A DNA stretch of 64,000 bases. It comes from an uncultured Actinomycetota bacterium. GTDB lineage: Bacteria > Actinomycetota > Actinomycetes > Propionibacteriales > Nocardioidaceae. Shown here one piece after another: positions 28,398 through 37,361 of the stretch. The notes below the pieces were generated by a model. That model saw only the letters and a list, made by a program, of their open reading frames with translations, did no database searches and was not told the origin of the DNA. Position numbers and translations under genes: made by a program. How positions within the stretch are numbered: the stretch's first letter is position 1; every line of letters begins with the position of its first letter. Location: the NCBI GenBank assembly GCA_963710895.1, contig CAVQCB010000017.1:2516-66515 (forward strand). Direction: 5' to 3'.

Positions 28398-29732
28398 AGC
28401 GATGCGTCGGGAGATCCAGGGGCTGCGTGCGGTGGCTGTGCTTCTGGTGGTGTTGTTCCATCTGTGGCCGAATCGGGTGCCGGGTGGGTATGTCGGGGTT
28501 GATGTCTTCTTTGTGATCTCGGGGTTCTTGATCACTTCCTTGGTGGTGCGGGAGGTGGATCGGACGGGGTCGGTGAGCCTGGCGCGGTTCTGGGCTCGGC
28601 GGGTGCGGCGGTTGTTGCCGGCGGCGTACCTGGTGTTGGTGGTCTCCGGGGTGGCGGTGCTGGTGTGGGTGCCGCGGTTGGTGTGGCAGCAGTTCTTCGG
28701 GGAGATCTTGGCTGCGGGTCTGTATGTGGAGAACTGGACGTTGGCGGTCAACTCGGTGGACTACCTGGCTGCGGAGAACGCGGCTTCGCCGGCGCAGCAC
28801 TACTGGACGCTCTCGGCCGAGGAGCAGTTCTACGTGGTGTGGCCGTTGCTGGTGCTGGTGGGGGTGTGGCTGGCGCGGCGCCGGGCGGTCTCGCGGGGGG
28901 TTCGCGCTGCTGGCGGGGCTGCTGGTGGGGCTGCTGGTGGGGGGTCTCGTGGTGCGGTGCTGGGGGTGCTGGTGGTCGCGGTGGTGGCCTCGTTGGGGTA
29001 CTCGTTGTGGATCACCGCGACGAATCCGGCGTGGGCCTACTTCGTGACGCCGGCGCGGGCGTGGGAGTTCGGGTCGGGGGCGTTGTTGGCGTTCGCTCCG
29101 GGGGTCGCGGGCTGGTTGGGGCTCGGGGTGCGGGCGGTGCTGGGCTGGGTGGGCCTGGGGGTGTTGGTGGGGTGTGCGCTGGTCTTCGATGCGGGCACGC
29201 CGATGCCGGGGACGGCTGCGGTGGTGGTGGTCGTGGCCTCGGCGGTGTTGATCTGGGTGGAGGCGCCGGGGGTGTGGTGGTCCTCCTCGCGGTTGTTGGT
29301 GCTGGGCCCGGCCCGGTATCTGGGGGACATCTCCTACTCGGTGTATCTGTGGCACTGGCCGTTGATCATCGTGTTGCCCTATGTGACCGATCATGGGTTG
29401 ACCACGGTGGACAAGGTCTCGATCCTGATGGCCACGGTGGGGCTCTCGGCGTTGACCAAGCGGTTCGTGGAGGATCCGGTGCGGGCTGCGCGGCGCTTCG
29501 GGTTGGCGCGGCCGCGGGTGACGTTCGCCTGGGCCGTGGTGGGGGCGGTGGTGTTGACGGTGGTGTGTGTGGTGCCGCGCCAGGAGGTGGCCGACCAGGT
29601 CGCGCAGACCGAGCGGGTGGCGGCACGGTTGGCGGCGCAGCGGCCGCCGTGCTTCGGTGCCGCGGCGCGCGACCCCGAGGCCAGCGGCTGTCCCAACCCC
29701 GACCTCGCGAACACCCTGGTCCCCAGCCCCGA
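28398..29732 (+). repeat. 1335-bp direct repeat, copy B
   Basis: As copy A; identity ends at ...CCCAGCCCCGA. Confidence 0.9.
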
Positions 29733-30504
29733 CGCCGCGGCCACCGGCTACCCGCACTACCCGGAGTGCAGGGAGGAGCTGCAGGGCCATCCGCTGCGAC
29801 CGTGCCGGTTCGGCACGCCCCGGCCCGGCGTCCCGCACGTCGCCGTCGTCGGGGACTCCCACGCCCGGCTGCTGATGACCATGGTCGAGGAGCTGGTGAA
29901 GGCCGGACAGGTCACCGCCGACCTGCTGGTGCACGAGGGGTGCGCCTGGAGCAGCGAGCCACCGCCGGTGCACAACGGGGTGGGCATCGACTGCGGGAAG
30001 TACCGCCGAGAGCTGGTGCCGCTCCTGCAGCGGACGGCGACCGACTACGACGCCGTCCTCACCAGCGCGAGGATCACCGCGATCCAGATGCGCGGCCGCC
30101 CGGGACCGCACGTCGACGGGCTCGTCGACGCCTGGAGCCGGGTGACCCGCCAAGGGGTGCCGGTGGGCGTGCTCCGAGACAACCCGCAGGGGGAGGACCC
30201 CGAGGTCAACCCCAACCTCTGCCTGGCGAAGGTCTCGGTCCAGGAGGCCAACCAGAAGTGCGCCCTGAACCGGCACGACCACCTCGACGCCTGGTTCGAC
30301 GTGCTCTCCGCGGCGGCGCGGCGCACCCCGGGCGCCGAGGTGATCGACCTGACCCCGTTCTACTGCGACGAGAAGACGTGCCCGGTGGTGATCGGCGGCG
30401 TGGACGTCTACCTCGACCACAACCACCTGACCGCGACCTACGCGCGCACGCTGGCGCCGTACCTCTACCAGGCGCTGCGCCGCACGGGCGTGCTCACCGG
30501 GTGA
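28402..30504 (+). CDS. AT3-SGNH fused O-acyltransferase, copy 2
   Basis: Same AT3 domain; divergent SGNH with GDSH and DHNH; ATG 15 nt after the copy 1 stop. Confidence 0.95.
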   Translation: MRREIQGLRAVAVLLVVLFHLWPNRVPGGYVGVDVFFVISGFLITSLVVREVDRTGSVSLARFWARRVRRLLPAAYLVLVVSGVAVLVWVPRLVWQQFFGEILAAGLYVENWTLAVNSVDYLAAENAASPAQHYWTLSAEEQFYVVWPLLVLVGVWLARRRAVSRGVRAAGGAAGGAAGGGSRGAVLGVLVVAVVASLGYSLWITATNPAWAYFVTPARAWEFGSGALLAFAPGVAGWLGLGVRAVLGWVGLGVLVGCALVFDAGTPMPGTAAVVVVVASAVLIWVEAPGVWWSSSRLLVLGPARYLGDISYSVYLWHWPLIIVLPYVTDHGLTTVDKVSILMATVGLSALTKRFVEDPVRAARRFGLARPRVTFAWAVVGAVVLTVVCVVPRQEVADQVAQTERVAARLAAQRPPCFGAAARDPEASGCPNPDLANTLVPSPDAAATGYPHYPECREELQGHPLRPCRFGTPRPGVPHVAVVGDSHARLLMTMVEELVKAGQVTADLLVHEGCAWSSEPPPVHNGVGIDCGKYRRELVPLLQRTATDYDAVLTSARITAIQMRGRPGPHVDGLVDAWSRVTRQGVPVGVLRDNPQGEDPEVNPNLCLAKVSVQEANQKCALNRHDHLDAWFDVLSAAARRTPGAEVIDLTPFYCDEKTCPVVIGGVDVYLDHNHLTATYARTLAPYLYQALRRTGVLTG

Positions 30505-31417
30505 GGTCGGGGCGCACGCCGGTCTCGGCCTCCGAGAGGTCCCACAGCCTGGCGGCGAGCTCCTCGTCGCGGGCGTGCCGGCTCAGCTTCGCCGGGCCCA
30601 GGCGGCCCCGGCTCTCCATCAGCCACTGCGGGCCCACGTAGGAGCCGGGCTCGCCGTAGGTCGCCGCCCACAGGGTCGGGTTGGCGCCGGCGGCCGAGGA
30701 CTGGAAGACCACGGGCAGCAGGTAGGGCGCTACCGCGCGCACGACCGGGTTGGCGCCCATGCCGTCGGAGGAGCCCACCAGGTTGGTCGCCGACACACCG
30801 GGGTGCGCGGCCGTCGAGACCAGCCGGGACCCGGCGGCCTCGGCGCGGCGAGACAGCTCGAAGGCGAAGAGCAGGTTGGCCAGCTTGCTGTTGCCGTAGG
30901 CCTTCTGCGGCTCGTACGACGACTCCGGGTTGGCCTCGAGCACGGACTCGTCGCCGCGGTGGTGCGCGATCGAGGCCACCGTCACGACGCGGGGCGAGGG
31001 GGCCTTCAACAGCGCCGGCAGCAGCAGCCCGGTCAGTGCGAAGTGCCCGAGGTGGTTGGTGCCGAACTGCAGCTCGTGGCCCTCGGCGGTCTCGCGATAG
31101 CGCGGCGGGGTCATCACCCCGGCGTTGTTGACCAGCAGGTCGAGCGCACCATCGAAGCGGTCGGCGAAGGCGTGCACGGAGGTCTGCGAGGCCAGGTCGA
31201 GCTCCTCGACCGTGCTGACCCCCTTGATCTTCTTGGCGACCTCACGGCCGGCCTCGGTGTTGCGGCAGGCGAGCACCACCTCGGCGCCGTGGTCGGCCAG
31301 CGCCGCGGCGGTGTGGTAGCCGATGCCGGAGTTGGCGCCGGTGACCACGGCCCGGGTGCCGGAGAGGTCGGGCAGGTCACGCGGCTTGAAGCCGGGCAGG
31401 GAGGGGTCCTGGGTCAT
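30494..31417 (-). CDS. Short-chain dehydrogenase (retinol-DH/WWOX-like SDR)
   Basis: VTGANSGIG, NNAGVM, FGTNHLGHFALT, YGNSK. Confidence 0.92.
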   Translation of the reverse strand: MTQDPSLPGFKPRDLPDLSGTRAVVTGANSGIGYHTAAALADHGAEVVLACRNTEAGREVAKKIKGVSTVEELDLASQTSVHAFADRFDGALDLLVNNAGVMTPPRYRETAEGHELQFGTNHLGHFALTGLLLPALLKAPSPRVVTVASIAHHRGDESVLEANPESSYEPQKAYGNSKLANLLFAFELSRRAEAAGSRLVSTAAHPGVSATNLVGSSDGMGANPVVRAVAPYLLPVVFQSSAAGANPTLWAATYGEPGSYVGPQWLMESRGRLGPAKLSRHARDEELAARLWDLSEAETGVRPDLTR

Positions 31418-31438
31418 CTGTGCTCCTGTGTGTCGTGT

Positions 31439-31480
31439 GGTCCGGGTCGTGCGGCCCGGGTCTTGCGGTCCGGGTCTCGC
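31439..31480. repeat. 3 x 14-bp imperfect tandem repeat
   Basis: GGTCCGGGTCGTGC / GGCCCGGGTCTTGC / GGTCCGGGTCTCGC. Confidence 0.75.
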
Positions 31481-31482
31481 GG

Positions 31483-32661
31483 TCAGCGGGCCGCGGGGTC
31501 GGTGTGCAGCCGGCCGTCTTCGTCCTTGACCAACGAGCGGCCGATCACCATCCGCTGGATCTGGTTGGTGCCCTCGAAGATCTGGGTCACCTTGGCCTCG
31601 CGCATGAGGCGCTCGACCGGGAAGTCGCGGGTGTAGCCGTAGCCACCGAGGACCTGCACCGCGTCGGTGGTCACCTTCATCGCGGCGTCGGTGGCGGTCA
31701 GCTTGGCGATGGAGGCCTCCCGCGAGAAGGGCAGCCCGCGGTCCTTCAGGCGCGCCGCGTGCAGGTAGGTGGCGCGGGCGCTCTGCACGGCGGCCTCCAT
31801 GTCGGCGAGCAGGAACGCCAGGCCCTGGAAGTCGATGATCGCCCGCCCGAACTGCCGGCGCTCCCGGGCGTAGGCGACGGCGTGGTCGACCGCGGCCTGG
31901 CCGAGGCCGACGGCCACCGCGGCGATGCCGAGCCGGCCGGAGTCCAGCCCCGCCAGCGCGATCCTCAGCCCGTCGCCCTCGTTGCCGAGCAGCCGGTCCG
32001 CGGGGATGCGCACGTCCTCGAACCGCATCGTCGCCGTCGCGGAGCCGGTCAGGCCCATCTTCCGCTCGGGCGGGTCGGCAGCGAGCCCCTCGGTGTCGGC
32101 GGGCACCAGGAAGCAGGAGATGCCGTTCTTCTCCTCCGAGGTGCGCGCCATCAGCTTGTAGAAGTCGGCGTGCCCTCCGTGGGTGGTCCAGGCCTTGGCC
32201 CCGTTGACGACGTACTCGTCGCCGTCGCGGCGGGCCGTGGTCCGCATCGCCGAGGGGTCGGAGCCCGCGTGTGCCTCGGAGAGGCAGTAGGCGCCCAGCA
32301 GCTCGCCGGCCAGCATGTCCGGCAGCCATGCCCGGCGCTGCTCCTGCGAGCCCGCGGTGGCCAGCCCGAAGCAGGACAGCGCGTGCACGGAGACACCGAC
32401 ACCCACGCTGGCCCACACCGAGGCGATCTCCTCGACCACCTGGAGGTAGACCTCGTAGGGCTGCCCGCCGCCGCCGTACTCCTCGGGGTAGGGCAGGCCC
32501 AGCAGTCCGGCCCGGCCCAACGTGCGGAACACCTCGCGCGGGAACGTCTCGCTGGCCTCCGCCTCGGCCACCTGCGGCAGCAGCTCGCGGGCGGCGATCT
32601 CGCGGGTCAGCTCGAGCAGGGCGGTGGCCTCCTCGGTGGGGAGGACGCGGGTGGCCGGCAT
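31483..32661 (-). CDS. Acyl-CoA dehydrogenase
   Basis: YCLSEAHAGSD, GAKAWTT, QVLGGYGY, QIFEGTNQIQR. Confidence 0.93.
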   Translation of the reverse strand: MPATRVLPTEEATALLELTREIAARELLPQVAEAEASETFPREVFRTLGRAGLLGLPYPEEYGGGGQPYEVYLQVVEEIASVWASVGVGVSVHALSCFGLATAGSQEQRRAWLPDMLAGELLGAYCLSEAHAGSDPSAMRTTARRDGDEYVVNGAKAWTTHGGHADFYKLMARTSEEKNGISCFLVPADTEGLAADPPERKMGLTGSATATMRFEDVRIPADRLLGNEGDGLRIALAGLDSGRLGIAAVAVGLGQAAVDHAVAYARERRQFGRAIIDFQGLAFLLADMEAAVQSARATYLHAARLKDRGLPFSREASIAKLTATDAAMKVTTDAVQVLGGYGYTRDFPVERLMREAKVTQIFEGTNQIQRMVIGRSLVKDEDGRLHTDPAAR

Positions 32662-32695
32662 GGTCTCGACGGTATACGGCGGCAGAATGGCTGCC

Positions 32696-33730
32696 ATGAG
32701 CGACTACGTGCCAGCCGAGGACCGCTACGAGACGATGGACTACCGCTACTGCGGTGACAGTGGACTGCAGCTGCCCGCGCTGTCCCTGGGCCTGTGGCAG
32801 AACTTCGGCACCGACCGGTCCGAGGAGACCCAGCGCGCCATCCTGCGCCGGGCGTTCGACCGGGGCGTCACGCACTTCGACCTGGCCAACAACTACGGGC
32901 CCCCCTACGGCCGGGCCGAGGAGAACTTCGGCCGGTTCCTGCGCACCGACTTCCAGGGCCTGCGCGACGAGCTGGTGATCTCCACCAAGGCCGGCTACGA
33001 CATGTGGCCGGGCCCCTACGGGCAGGGTGGCGGTTCGCGGAAGTACGTCCTGTCCTCCCTCGACCAGTCGCTGGGGCGGCTCGGCCTGGACTACGTGGAC
33101 ATCTTCTACAGCCACCGCTTCGACCCGCACACGCCGGTCGAGGAGACGATGCAGGCGCTCGACACGGCGGTGCGCTCCGGTCGAGCGCTGTACGCCGGGA
33201 TCTCCTCCTACTCCCCCGAGCGCACCCAGGAGGCCGCCACGATCGCGCGCGAGCTCGGCACGCCGTTGCTGATCCACCAGCCGTCGTACTCGATGTTGAA
33301 CCGGTGGATCGAGCGCGGACTGCTCGACGAGCTCGAGGAGCAGGGCATGGGCTGCATCGTGTTCACCGCCCTCGCCCAGGGGTTGCTCACCGACCGCTAC
33401 CTCGACGGCGTCCCCGCGGACTCCCGCGCCGCCCGCAGCGACAGCACGATCGAGGGCGACCACCTCGACGAGGCCACCCTCGCGCACGTGCGGCGGCTCA
33501 ACGAGATCGCCGCCGACCGCGGCCAGCGGCTCGCCCAGCTCGCGCTGCAGTGGGCCCTGCGCGACCGCCGGGTCACCTCGGCGGTGATCGGCGCCTCCTC
33601 GGTGGAGCAGCTCGACACCAACCTCGACGCCCTCGACGGCCCACCCCTGAGCGAGGACGAGCTCGCCGCCATCGACCAGGACGCCGTCGACGCCGGGGTG
33701 AACCTGTGGGCGGCGTCGTCGCAGGGGTAG
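32696..33730 (+). CDS. Aldo/keto reductase (L-glyceraldehyde-3-phosphate reductase, YghZ/MgrA-like)
   Basis: LSLGLWQNFG, FDLANNYGPPYG, STKAGY, IFYSHR, HQPSYSM. Confidence 0.92.
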   Translation: MSDYVPAEDRYETMDYRYCGDSGLQLPALSLGLWQNFGTDRSEETQRAILRRAFDRGVTHFDLANNYGPPYGRAEENFGRFLRTDFQGLRDELVISTKAGYDMWPGPYGQGGGSRKYVLSSLDQSLGRLGLDYVDIFYSHRFDPHTPVEETMQALDTAVRSGRALYAGISSYSPERTQEAATIARELGTPLLIHQPSYSMLNRWIERGLLDELEEQGMGCIVFTALAQGLLTDRYLDGVPADSRAARSDSTIEGDHLDEATLAHVRRLNEIAADRGQRLAQLALQWALRDRRVTSAVIGASSVEQLDTNLDALDGPPLSEDELAAIDQDAVDAGVNLWAASSQG

Positions 33731-33739
33731 GGGTCGCTG

Positions 33740-33891
33740 GTTTCACCGGTTAACCGGTGATCCATGTGCTTGGTGAGGCAGATAGCACCCCGTAGGTGCA
33801 GGGGTCCCTCGTCCAGTACGGCGTGACGGGGGGTTGCGCCTCCGCGCGGGCTCTGGGGCGCATGTTTCACCGGTCAACCGGTGAAACATGC
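33740..33891. repeat. Two related palindromes (REP-like)
   Basis: TCACCGGTTAACCGGTGA (33743-33760) and GCATGTTTCACCGGT-CA-ACCGGTGAAACATGC (33860-33891), between convergent genes. Confidence 0.8.
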
Positions 33892-33934
33892 ACCTGGCGA
33901 CGGAAACCGCACGCACGGACCCGGGGTGGGGAGG

Positions 33935-34687
33935 TCAGGCGTCTTGCTTGTCGACGGCGAGGGCGGCGGCGCCGACGATGCCGGCGGTGTTGCGCAAGGT
34001 CGCGGAGATGATCTCGGTGTCGATGTCGATCAGCGGGATGAACTCGCCGCCGTGCTTGCTCACGCCGCCGCCGACGACGATGAGGTCGGGCGAGAAGAGC
34101 CTCTCCAGGGTCCGGTAGTAGGTGGTCAGCCGCTCGGCCCACTGTGCCCAGGAGAGGCCCTCGTCCTTGCGGGCGGAGTTGGCGGCGCGGGTCTCCGCGT
34201 CGTGGCCGTCGATCTCGAGGTGGCCCAGCTCGGAGTTGGGCACCAGGACGCCGTCGTGGAGGATCGCCGAGCCGATGCCGGTGCCGAGGGTGGTGACGAT
34301 GACCAGGCCGGGGCGGCCGCGCGCCACGCCGTACCTCGCCTCGGCCAGGCCGGCCGCGTCGGCGTCGTTGATCAGGTGCACCTCGCGGTCGAGCCGGTCA
34401 CTGAGCAGGGCCTCGGCGTCGGTGCCGATCCAGCCCTTGTCGATGTTGGCGGCGGAGGCGACCACGCCGTTCTTGCGCACGACGCCGGGGACGGTCACAC
34501 CGACCGCGGAGTGGCTGTCCTCGAATCGCTCCAGGAGCTTCGCCATCACCTCGGCCACCGCCTTCGGCGTCGACTTCTCGGGGGTGTCGAGGCGCTCGCG
34601 CTCGGCGGAGAACTCACCCGTGGTCAGGTCGACGGGAGCGGCCTTGATGCCGCTGCCCCCGAAGTCGATGCCGATCGGGTCTGCCAT
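33935..34687 (-). CDS. ppgK: Polyphosphate glucokinase (ROK family)
   Basis: [39 protein letters not shown]. Confidence 0.92.
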   Translation of the reverse strand: MADPIGIDFGGSGIKAAPVDLTTGEFSAERERLDTPEKSTPKAVAEVMAKLLERFEDSHSAVGVTVPGVVRKNGVVASAANIDKGWIGTDAEALLSDRLDREVHLINDADAAGLAEARYGVARGRPGLVIVTTLGTGIGSAILHDGVLVPNSELGHLEIDGHDAETRAANSARKDEGLSWAQWAERLTTYYRTLERLFSPDLIVVGGGVSKHGGEFIPLIDIDTEIISATLRNTAGIVGAAALAVDKQDA

Positions 34688-34714
34688 GGGCGCCAACCTA
34701 GCGTCGCGGGCCGC

Positions 34715-34769
34715 GGCTGGGCAGTGGCTGGGCCGTGGCTGGGCAGTGGTTGGGCAGTGGTCGGGCAGC
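34715..34769. repeat. 5 x 11-bp tandem repeat in a divergent promoter region
   Basis: Unit GG(C/T)(T/C)GGGC(A/C)G(T/C). Confidence 0.8.
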
Positions 34770-34798
34770 GCCGGCGGCGCGGCCACTAGCATCCGGGG

Positions 34799-35575
34799 GT
34801 GCGACGTGTGGCTGTGGTGCTGGTGGCGCTGTTCCTGGTGAACCTGCCCCTGGCCCACCAGACCTGGACCGAGCGCGAGCTGGCGCGCTCCGGCCGCGAG
34901 GTGGAGGCCACCGTGCTGGACGCCCGGCGACCGGCGGAGGACTACCTCGTGGACTACCGGCTGCCGCGCTCGGTGGACCCGGCCCACACCCGGTTCTCGG
35001 CGCGGGTCGATCGCACCACCTACGAGCAGGCCCGCGAGACCGGTGTCCTGGCCGTCCGGGTGGTGCCGGGCAAGCCCAACACCAACCGACCGCTGGGCAG
35101 CGTGCAGGGGCACCTGCTGACCGTGACCGCCGTGCTGGGTGACGCCGCGCTGCTCCTGGTCGGCGTCTTGTGGTGGCGCCGGTGGCGCCGGCGCGCCGGC
35201 CACCAGGTCGTGGACGTGGAGGGGGACGAGGTGACCCTCGAGTCCTCCCGCGGACGCCTGCGGGTGGCCGTGCCCACCGGGTGGGCCCGGGGCGTGCACC
35301 CCGGTGACCGGGTGCGCGGGTCGCTGCACCTGGTCACCACGGAGGAGGTGCTGCCGGTCGCCGCGCCCGAGGGCTACGGCTGGGAGCAGGTGCGCGGCGC
35401 GGAGTACGTCGTGCGGGGCCGCGTCCTCGACGCGCGGGCCGGGGTGGTGGTCCTCGAGGTCGGGGACGCCTCACCGCTGCGCGTCGAGACCGGTGGCAGC
35501 CGGATCCGGGCGGACATCCGCGACCCGACCCGGGTCCACGGGACGCTCTGCTTCACGCCGTACGGCCGGGGGTGA
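34799..35575 (+). CDS. Hypothetical membrane protein
   Basis: Two TM segments, beta-rich domains; leaderless GTG 6 nt after TAGCAT. Confidence 0.7.
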   Translation: MRRVAVVLVALFLVNLPLAHQTWTERELARSGREVEATVLDARRPAEDYLVDYRLPRSVDPAHTRFSARVDRTTYEQARETGVLAVRVVPGKPNTNRPLGSVQGHLLTVTAVLGDAALLLVGVLWWRRWRRRAGHQVVDVEGDEVTLESSRGRLRVAVPTGWARGVHPGDRVRGSLHLVTTEEVLPVAAPEGYGWEQVRGAEYVVRGRVLDARAGVVVLEVGDASPLRVETGGSRIRADIRDPTRVHGTLCFTPYGRG

Positions 35576-35613
35576 GCGGACCCCGGAGCCGCCCCTTTAC
35601 ATTCAGCGACCCC

Positions 35614-35671
35614 TTGTCAAATTCCGAGGGATGCCCTAGCGTGCTTTACATCTGGTCTTCAGATGTAAAGC
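35614..35671 (+). promoter_or_regulatory. alkB promoter and operator
   Basis: TTGTCA-N17-TAGCGT followed immediately by IR GCTTTACATCTG-N5-CAGATGTAAAGC. Confidence 0.75.
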
Positions 35672-35684
35672 AAAGGAGCGATCC

Positions 35685-37127
35685 ATGGCCAACGCGACCG
35701 TCCCGCAGGGCTCCAGCAAGACCTGGACCGACAAGAAGCGCTACCTGTGGCTGATCGGCCTGGTGGTGCCGTCGCTCGCCTTCATCGCCTTCACCATGTT
35801 CCGCCTCACCGGCTGGGACGTGTGGCTGTGGATCGGGCCGATCGTCATCCTGGTCGTGGTGCCGGCGATCGACCTGATCGCCGGGCTGGACCGGTCCAAC
35901 CCGCCCGACGACGCGATCGAGCGGCTCGAGCAGGACCGCTACTACCGATGGATCACCTACTTGTTCCTGCCGATCCAGTACGTCGGCTTCCTGGGCGCCT
36001 TCGTCTGGATCGCGCGTCCGGAGTGGCTCGGTCTGGCCGAGCTCACCACGATCGACAAGGTCGGCCTGGCCGTCTCGATCGGGGCCATCGGCGGCATCGG
36101 CATCAACACCGCCCACGAGCTGGGGCACAAGAAGGAGAGCAACGAGCGGTGGCTGTCCAAGATCGCCCTCGCGCAGAGCTTCTACGGCCACTTCTACATC
36201 GAGCACAACCGCGGCCACCACGTCCGCGTCGCCACCCCCGAGGACCCGGCCAGCAGCCGGCTGGGTGAGAACTTCTACCAGTTCTGGCCGCGCACCGTCG
36301 CGGGCTCCCTGCGCAGCGCCTGGCGGCTGGAGAAGCGGCGCTACGCCCGCAAGGGCAAGCACCCGTTCCGGATCGGCAACGACGTGCTGAACGCGTGGCT
36401 GATGTCCGCCGTGCTCTGGGGCGGCCTGATGGTCGTGCTCGGCGCGGGGATCCTGCCCTACCTCGTCGTGCAGGCGATCGTCGGCTTCTCGCTGCTCGAG
36501 GTCGTCAACTACATGGAGCACTACGGGATGCTGCGGCAGAAGGTCGGCACCGGTGAGCGCCAGCGCTACGAGCGGGTCGACCCCAGCCACAGCTGGAACT
36601 CCAACAACATCGCGACCAACGTGCTGCTCTACCACCTGCAGCGGCACAGCGACCACCACGCGAACCCCACCCGCCGCTACCAGTCGCTGCGCGACTACGA
36701 GGAGTCCCCCGTGCTCCCGACCGGGTACGCCGGGATGATCGTGCTGGCCATCGTGCCGGCGATCTGGCGCCGGGTGATGGACCCCCGCGTGCTGGCGCAC
36801 TTCGACGGCGACGTGACCCGCGCCAACATCTCGCCTCGCAAGCGGGACCGGATCATCGCGGCGTACGGCGCCACCGCCACCGCCCCGCCCGCGCACCGGG
36901 GACGGGAGTCCGGGTCGACCACGGCGCCGGCCGGTGAGCCGGCCGAGGTGATGGCCGCCCGCTGCCCCGGCTGCGGCTACACCTACGAGGTCGAGCGGGG
37001 CGACGAGCACGAGGGCTTCGCCGCCGGCACCGCGTGGGCCGACGTGCCCGACTCGTGGTGCTGCCCCGACTGCGGGGTGCGCGAGAAGGTCGACTTCGTG
37101 CCGGTGCAGAGCGAGCTGGCCTCATGA
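35685..37127 (+). CDS. alkB: Alkane 1-monooxygenase fused to C-terminal rubredoxin
   Basis: His boxes HELGHK, EHNRGHH, NYMEHYG, LQRHSDHHA; C-terminal CPGC...CPDCGVR. Confidence 0.95.
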   Translation: MANATVPQGSSKTWTDKKRYLWLIGLVVPSLAFIAFTMFRLTGWDVWLWIGPIVILVVVPAIDLIAGLDRSNPPDDAIERLEQDRYYRWITYLFLPIQYVGFLGAFVWIARPEWLGLAELTTIDKVGLAVSIGAIGGIGINTAHELGHKKESNERWLSKIALAQSFYGHFYIEHNRGHHVRVATPEDPASSRLGENFYQFWPRTVAGSLRSAWRLEKRRYARKGKHPFRIGNDVLNAWLMSAVLWGGLMVVLGAGILPYLVVQAIVGFSLLEVVNYMEHYGMLRQKVGTGERQRYERVDPSHSWNSNNIATNVLLYHLQRHSDHHANPTRRYQSLRDYEESPVLPTGYAGMIVLAIVPAIWRRVMDPRVLAHFDGDVTRANISPRKRDRIIAAYGATATAPPAHRGRESGSTTAPAGEPAEVMAARCPGCGYTYEVERGDEHEGFAAGTAWADVPDSWCCPDCGVREKVDFVPVQSELAS

Positions 37128-37315
37128 GGATCGAGGTGGACCGCGACCGGTGCGAGGGCCTCGGGATGTGCGAGGCGATGGCGCACGAGTACTTCGAGGT
37201 CGACGACGACGACACGATGACGGTGCTCGAGGAGTCCCCGCCGGAGTCGGACCGGTCGACGGTGCACGCCGCCGTCGAGGCGTGCCCGGTGCTCGCGCTG
37301 AGCCTGGTGGACTGA
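37124..37315 (+). CDS. Small [3Fe-4S]-type ferredoxin
   Basis: MRIEVDRDRCEGLGMC...EACPVLALSL; ATGA overlap with alkB. Confidence 0.88.
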   Translation: MRIEVDRDRCEGLGMCEAMAHEYFEVDDDDTMTVLEESPPESDRSTVHAAVEACPVLALSLVD

Positions 37316-37361
37316 CGCCGCGATGTCGGTGCCCACGGGGGTGGTCAATAGGCTGGCGGAC

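Noticed and set aside
24835-30426. Long minus-strand ORFs (1181 aa and 676 aa)
   Set aside because: Antisense shadows of the acyltransferase genes. The H/P/Q/R richness results from the G/T skew, and there are no domain motifs.
26290-30504. Diversity-generating retroelement (TR/VR pair)
   Set aside because: No reverse transcriptase in the window, differences are not adenine-specific, and both copies are full coding genes.
30494-33487. 997-aa ORF fusing SDR with upstream sequence
   Set aside because: Real genes are the SDR from 31417 and the acyl-CoA dehydrogenase in another frame. The remainder is shadow.
34715-34769. CRISPR array
   Set aside because: Adjacent 11-bp units with no spacers and no cas genes. 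The same applies to 48719-48803.
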